Shown one piece after another: positions 61,401-64,000 of a DNA stretch of 64,000 nucleotides (positions are counted from its first letter, which is position 1; every line of letters starts with the position of its first letter). This stretch comes from Macrostomum lignano (taxonomy: Eukaryota). A program made the position numbers and the translations under genes. The notes below the pieces were generated by a model. The model worked only from the letters and a program-made list of their open reading frames with translations. It searched no databases and was not told the origin of the DNA. Location of the stretch: the NCBI GenBank assembly GCA_002269645.1, contig NIVC01003421.1, positions 34,570 to 98,569 of the forward strand. Direction: 5' to 3'.

Positions 61401-64000
61401 GATTTCTTTTCTCGCAGATTCTGAAGTCAGCCACGCCAGCGACATGCCTAAGAGACAAGAATGCGCTTTAACGATCAGCAGCGAGCATTCTGATCTCGCC
61501 GCTGCATCCGTCATTTGGTTCACTTGTGCTGCTCACAAGCCAGCAGCCAGCAGCAGCAGCAGCAGCCGCTATCCGTGCAGGCAGTCAGTCTCTTTGTGAA
61601 TTTTCTGGTGGATCTGAAGAAAACCCGTCCGGCACAGGATTAAAGAGAAAGAGACGATCTGTTTTGGGTGAGTATTATCTGCTGTAGAAGTATTGTACAC
61701 CAGAGTACTTGTGTTACTTGGTAGAGCACAATTCAAAAGCAATGCAACAATCTCAGTGGCATTGTTGGGACACAAGCTACAAACGCATTGAATAGTAAAC
61801 ACAGCCCAGCCTAGCTCAAGGCTAGTAATTTGTGGCATTATATTGGACATTGCAGCCAGGCCTATTTTTTGAACAGCATTTGTTGGGTCGCACTTATTGG
61901 GACAATACTGATTCTAATCGCGACTACTTCTGAGTCTGACTTTTAAAACAGACCAGCATTAGTTGAACACGTTCTATTAAAGGGTTCCTTTATAGCCTAT
62001 TAATGATTACTAAAGGCAAGCCTATCTTAATTGATTTCTTTTCCTCGCAATTCTGAAGTCAGCCACGCCAGCGACATGCCTAAGAGACAAGAATGCGCTT
62101 TAACGATCAGCAGCGAGCATTCTGATCTCGCCTGCATCCGTCATTTGGTTCACTTGCTCTGCTTCACAAGCGCGCAGCAGGCACAGCAGCCGCTATCCGT
62201 GCAGGCAGTCAGTCTATTTGTGAATTTTCTGGTGGATCTGAAGAAAACCCGTCCGGCACAGGATTAAAGAGAAAGAGACGATCTGTTTTGGGTGAGTATT
62301 ATCTGCTGTAGAAGTATTGTACACCAGAGTACTTGTGTTACTGGTAGAGCACAATTCAAAAGCAATGCCAACAATCTCAGTGGCATTGTTGGACACAAGC
62401 TACAAACGCAATGAATAGTAAACACAGCCCAGCCTAGCTCAAGGCTAGTAATTTGTTGGGCATTTATTGGGACATTGCAGCCAGGCCTATTTTTGAACAG
62501 CATTTTGTTGGGTCGCACTTATTGGGACAATACTGATTCTAATCGCGACTACTTCTGAGTTCTGACTTTTCAAAACAGACCCAGCATTAGTTGAACACGT
62601 TCTATTAAAGGGTTCCTTTATAGGCCTATTAATGATTACTAAAGCAAGCCTATCTTAATTGATTTCTTTTCCTCGCAGATTCTGAAGTCAGCCACGCCAG
62701 CGACATGCCTAAGAGACAAGAATGCGCTTTAACGATCAGCAGCGAGCATTCTGATCTCGCGCTGCATCCGTCATTTGGTTCACTTGCTGCTCACAAGCCG
62801 CAGCCAGCAGCAGGCAGCCGCTATCCGTGCAGGCAGTCAGTCTCTTTGTGAATTTTCTGGTGGATCTGAAGAAAACCCGTCCGGCACAGGATTAAAGAGA
62901 AAGAGACGATCTGTTTTGGGTGAGTATTATCTGCTGTAGAAGTATTGTACACCAGAGTACTTGTGTTACTTGGTAGAGCACAATTCAAAAGCAATGCAAC
63001 AATCTCAGTGGCATTGTTGGGACACAAGCTACAAACGCAATTGAATAGTAAACACAGCCCAGCCTAGCTCAAGGCTAGTAATTTGTTGGGCATTTATTGG
63101 GACATTGCAGCCAGGCCTATTTTTGAACAGCATTTGTTGGGTCGCACTTATTGGGACAATACTGATTCTAATCGCGACTACTTCTGAGTTCTGACTTTTC
63201 AAAACAGACCCAGCATTAGTTGAACACGTTCTATTAAAGGGTTCCTTTATAGCCTATTAATGATTACTAAAGCAAGCCTATCTTAATTGATTTCTTTTCC
63301 TCGCAGATTCTGAAGTCAGCCAACGCCAGCGACATGCCTAAGAGACAAGAATGCGCTTTAACGATCAGCAGCGAGCATTCTGATCTCGCCGCTGCATCCG
63401 TCATTTGGTTCACTTGCTGCTCACAAGCCGCAGCAGCAGCAGCAGCAGCCGCGCTATCCGTGCAGGCAGTCAGTCTCTTTGTGAATTTTCTGGTGGATCT
63501 GAAGAAAACCCGTCCGGCACAGGATTAAAGAGAAAGAGACGATCTGTTTTGGGTGAGTATTATCTGCTGTAGAAGTATTGTACACCAGTACTTGTGTTAC
63601 TTGGTAGAGCACAATTCAAAAGCAATGCAACAATCTCAGTGCATTGTTGGGACACAAGCTACAAACGCTTGAATAGTAAACACAGCCCAGCCTAGCTCAA
63701 GGCTAGTAATTTGTTGGGCATTTATTGGGACATTGGCAGCCAGGCCTATTTTTTGAACAGCATTTTTGTTGGTCGCACTTATTGGGACAATACTGATTCT
63801 AATCGCGACTACTTCTGAGTTTCTGACTTTTCAAACAGACCAGCAATTAGTTGAACACGTTCTATTAAAGGGTTCCTTTATAGCTATTAATGATTACTAA
63901 AGCAAGCCTATCTTAATTGATTTCTTTTCCTCGCAGATTCTGAAGTCAGCCACGCCAGCGACATGCCTAAGAGACAGAATGCGCTTTAACGATCAGCAGC
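50767..64000 (+). repeat. 624-625 bp tandem array, at least 21 units, running off the window end
   Basis: The unit ATG recurs at 51335, 51960, 52585, 53210, 53835, 54508, 55132, 55756, 56419, 57043, 57668, 58291, 58942, 59566, 60190, 60818 and onward to ~63960; units are near-identical. Confidence 0.99.

Noticed and set aside
50822-63027. Minus-strand 101/108-aa ORF (MRPNKCCSKN...) in each array unit
   Set aside because: No recognisable motif; it is antisense to the strand that carries well-formed splice signals and is repeated only because the unit is.

Overview
Eukaryotic (metazoan) genomic DNA with GT-AG introns packed with simple and minisatellite repeats. The repeat load and poly-Q/poly-A runs resemble the flatworm Macrostomum; this is inference and was not verified. 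Four spliced protein genes can be reconstructed by hand: (1) the 3' half of a BRWD/PHIP bromodomain-WD40 gene (+, 1631-8571); (2) a highly diverged, two-exon partial paralog of that gene (+, 10987-13110) with Tudor-like and bromodomain-like modules whose reader residues are altered; (3) a complete 12-exon PXK (PX-kinase-like-WH2) gene (-, 15750-25896); (4) the N-terminal ~786 codons of tomosyn/STXBP5 (+, 26362-48146), head-to-head with PXK. Introns carry mariner/Tc1 relics, a nested inverted-repeat element with a THAP-domain remnant, two tRNA-derived SINE families, MITEs and about 20 different tandem repeats. The last 13 kb is a 624-625 bp tandem array of at least 21 units, each containing a frame-preserving 237-nt exon-like segment with an unstable CAG tract. 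Most long ORFs in the supplied track are repeat artefacts.
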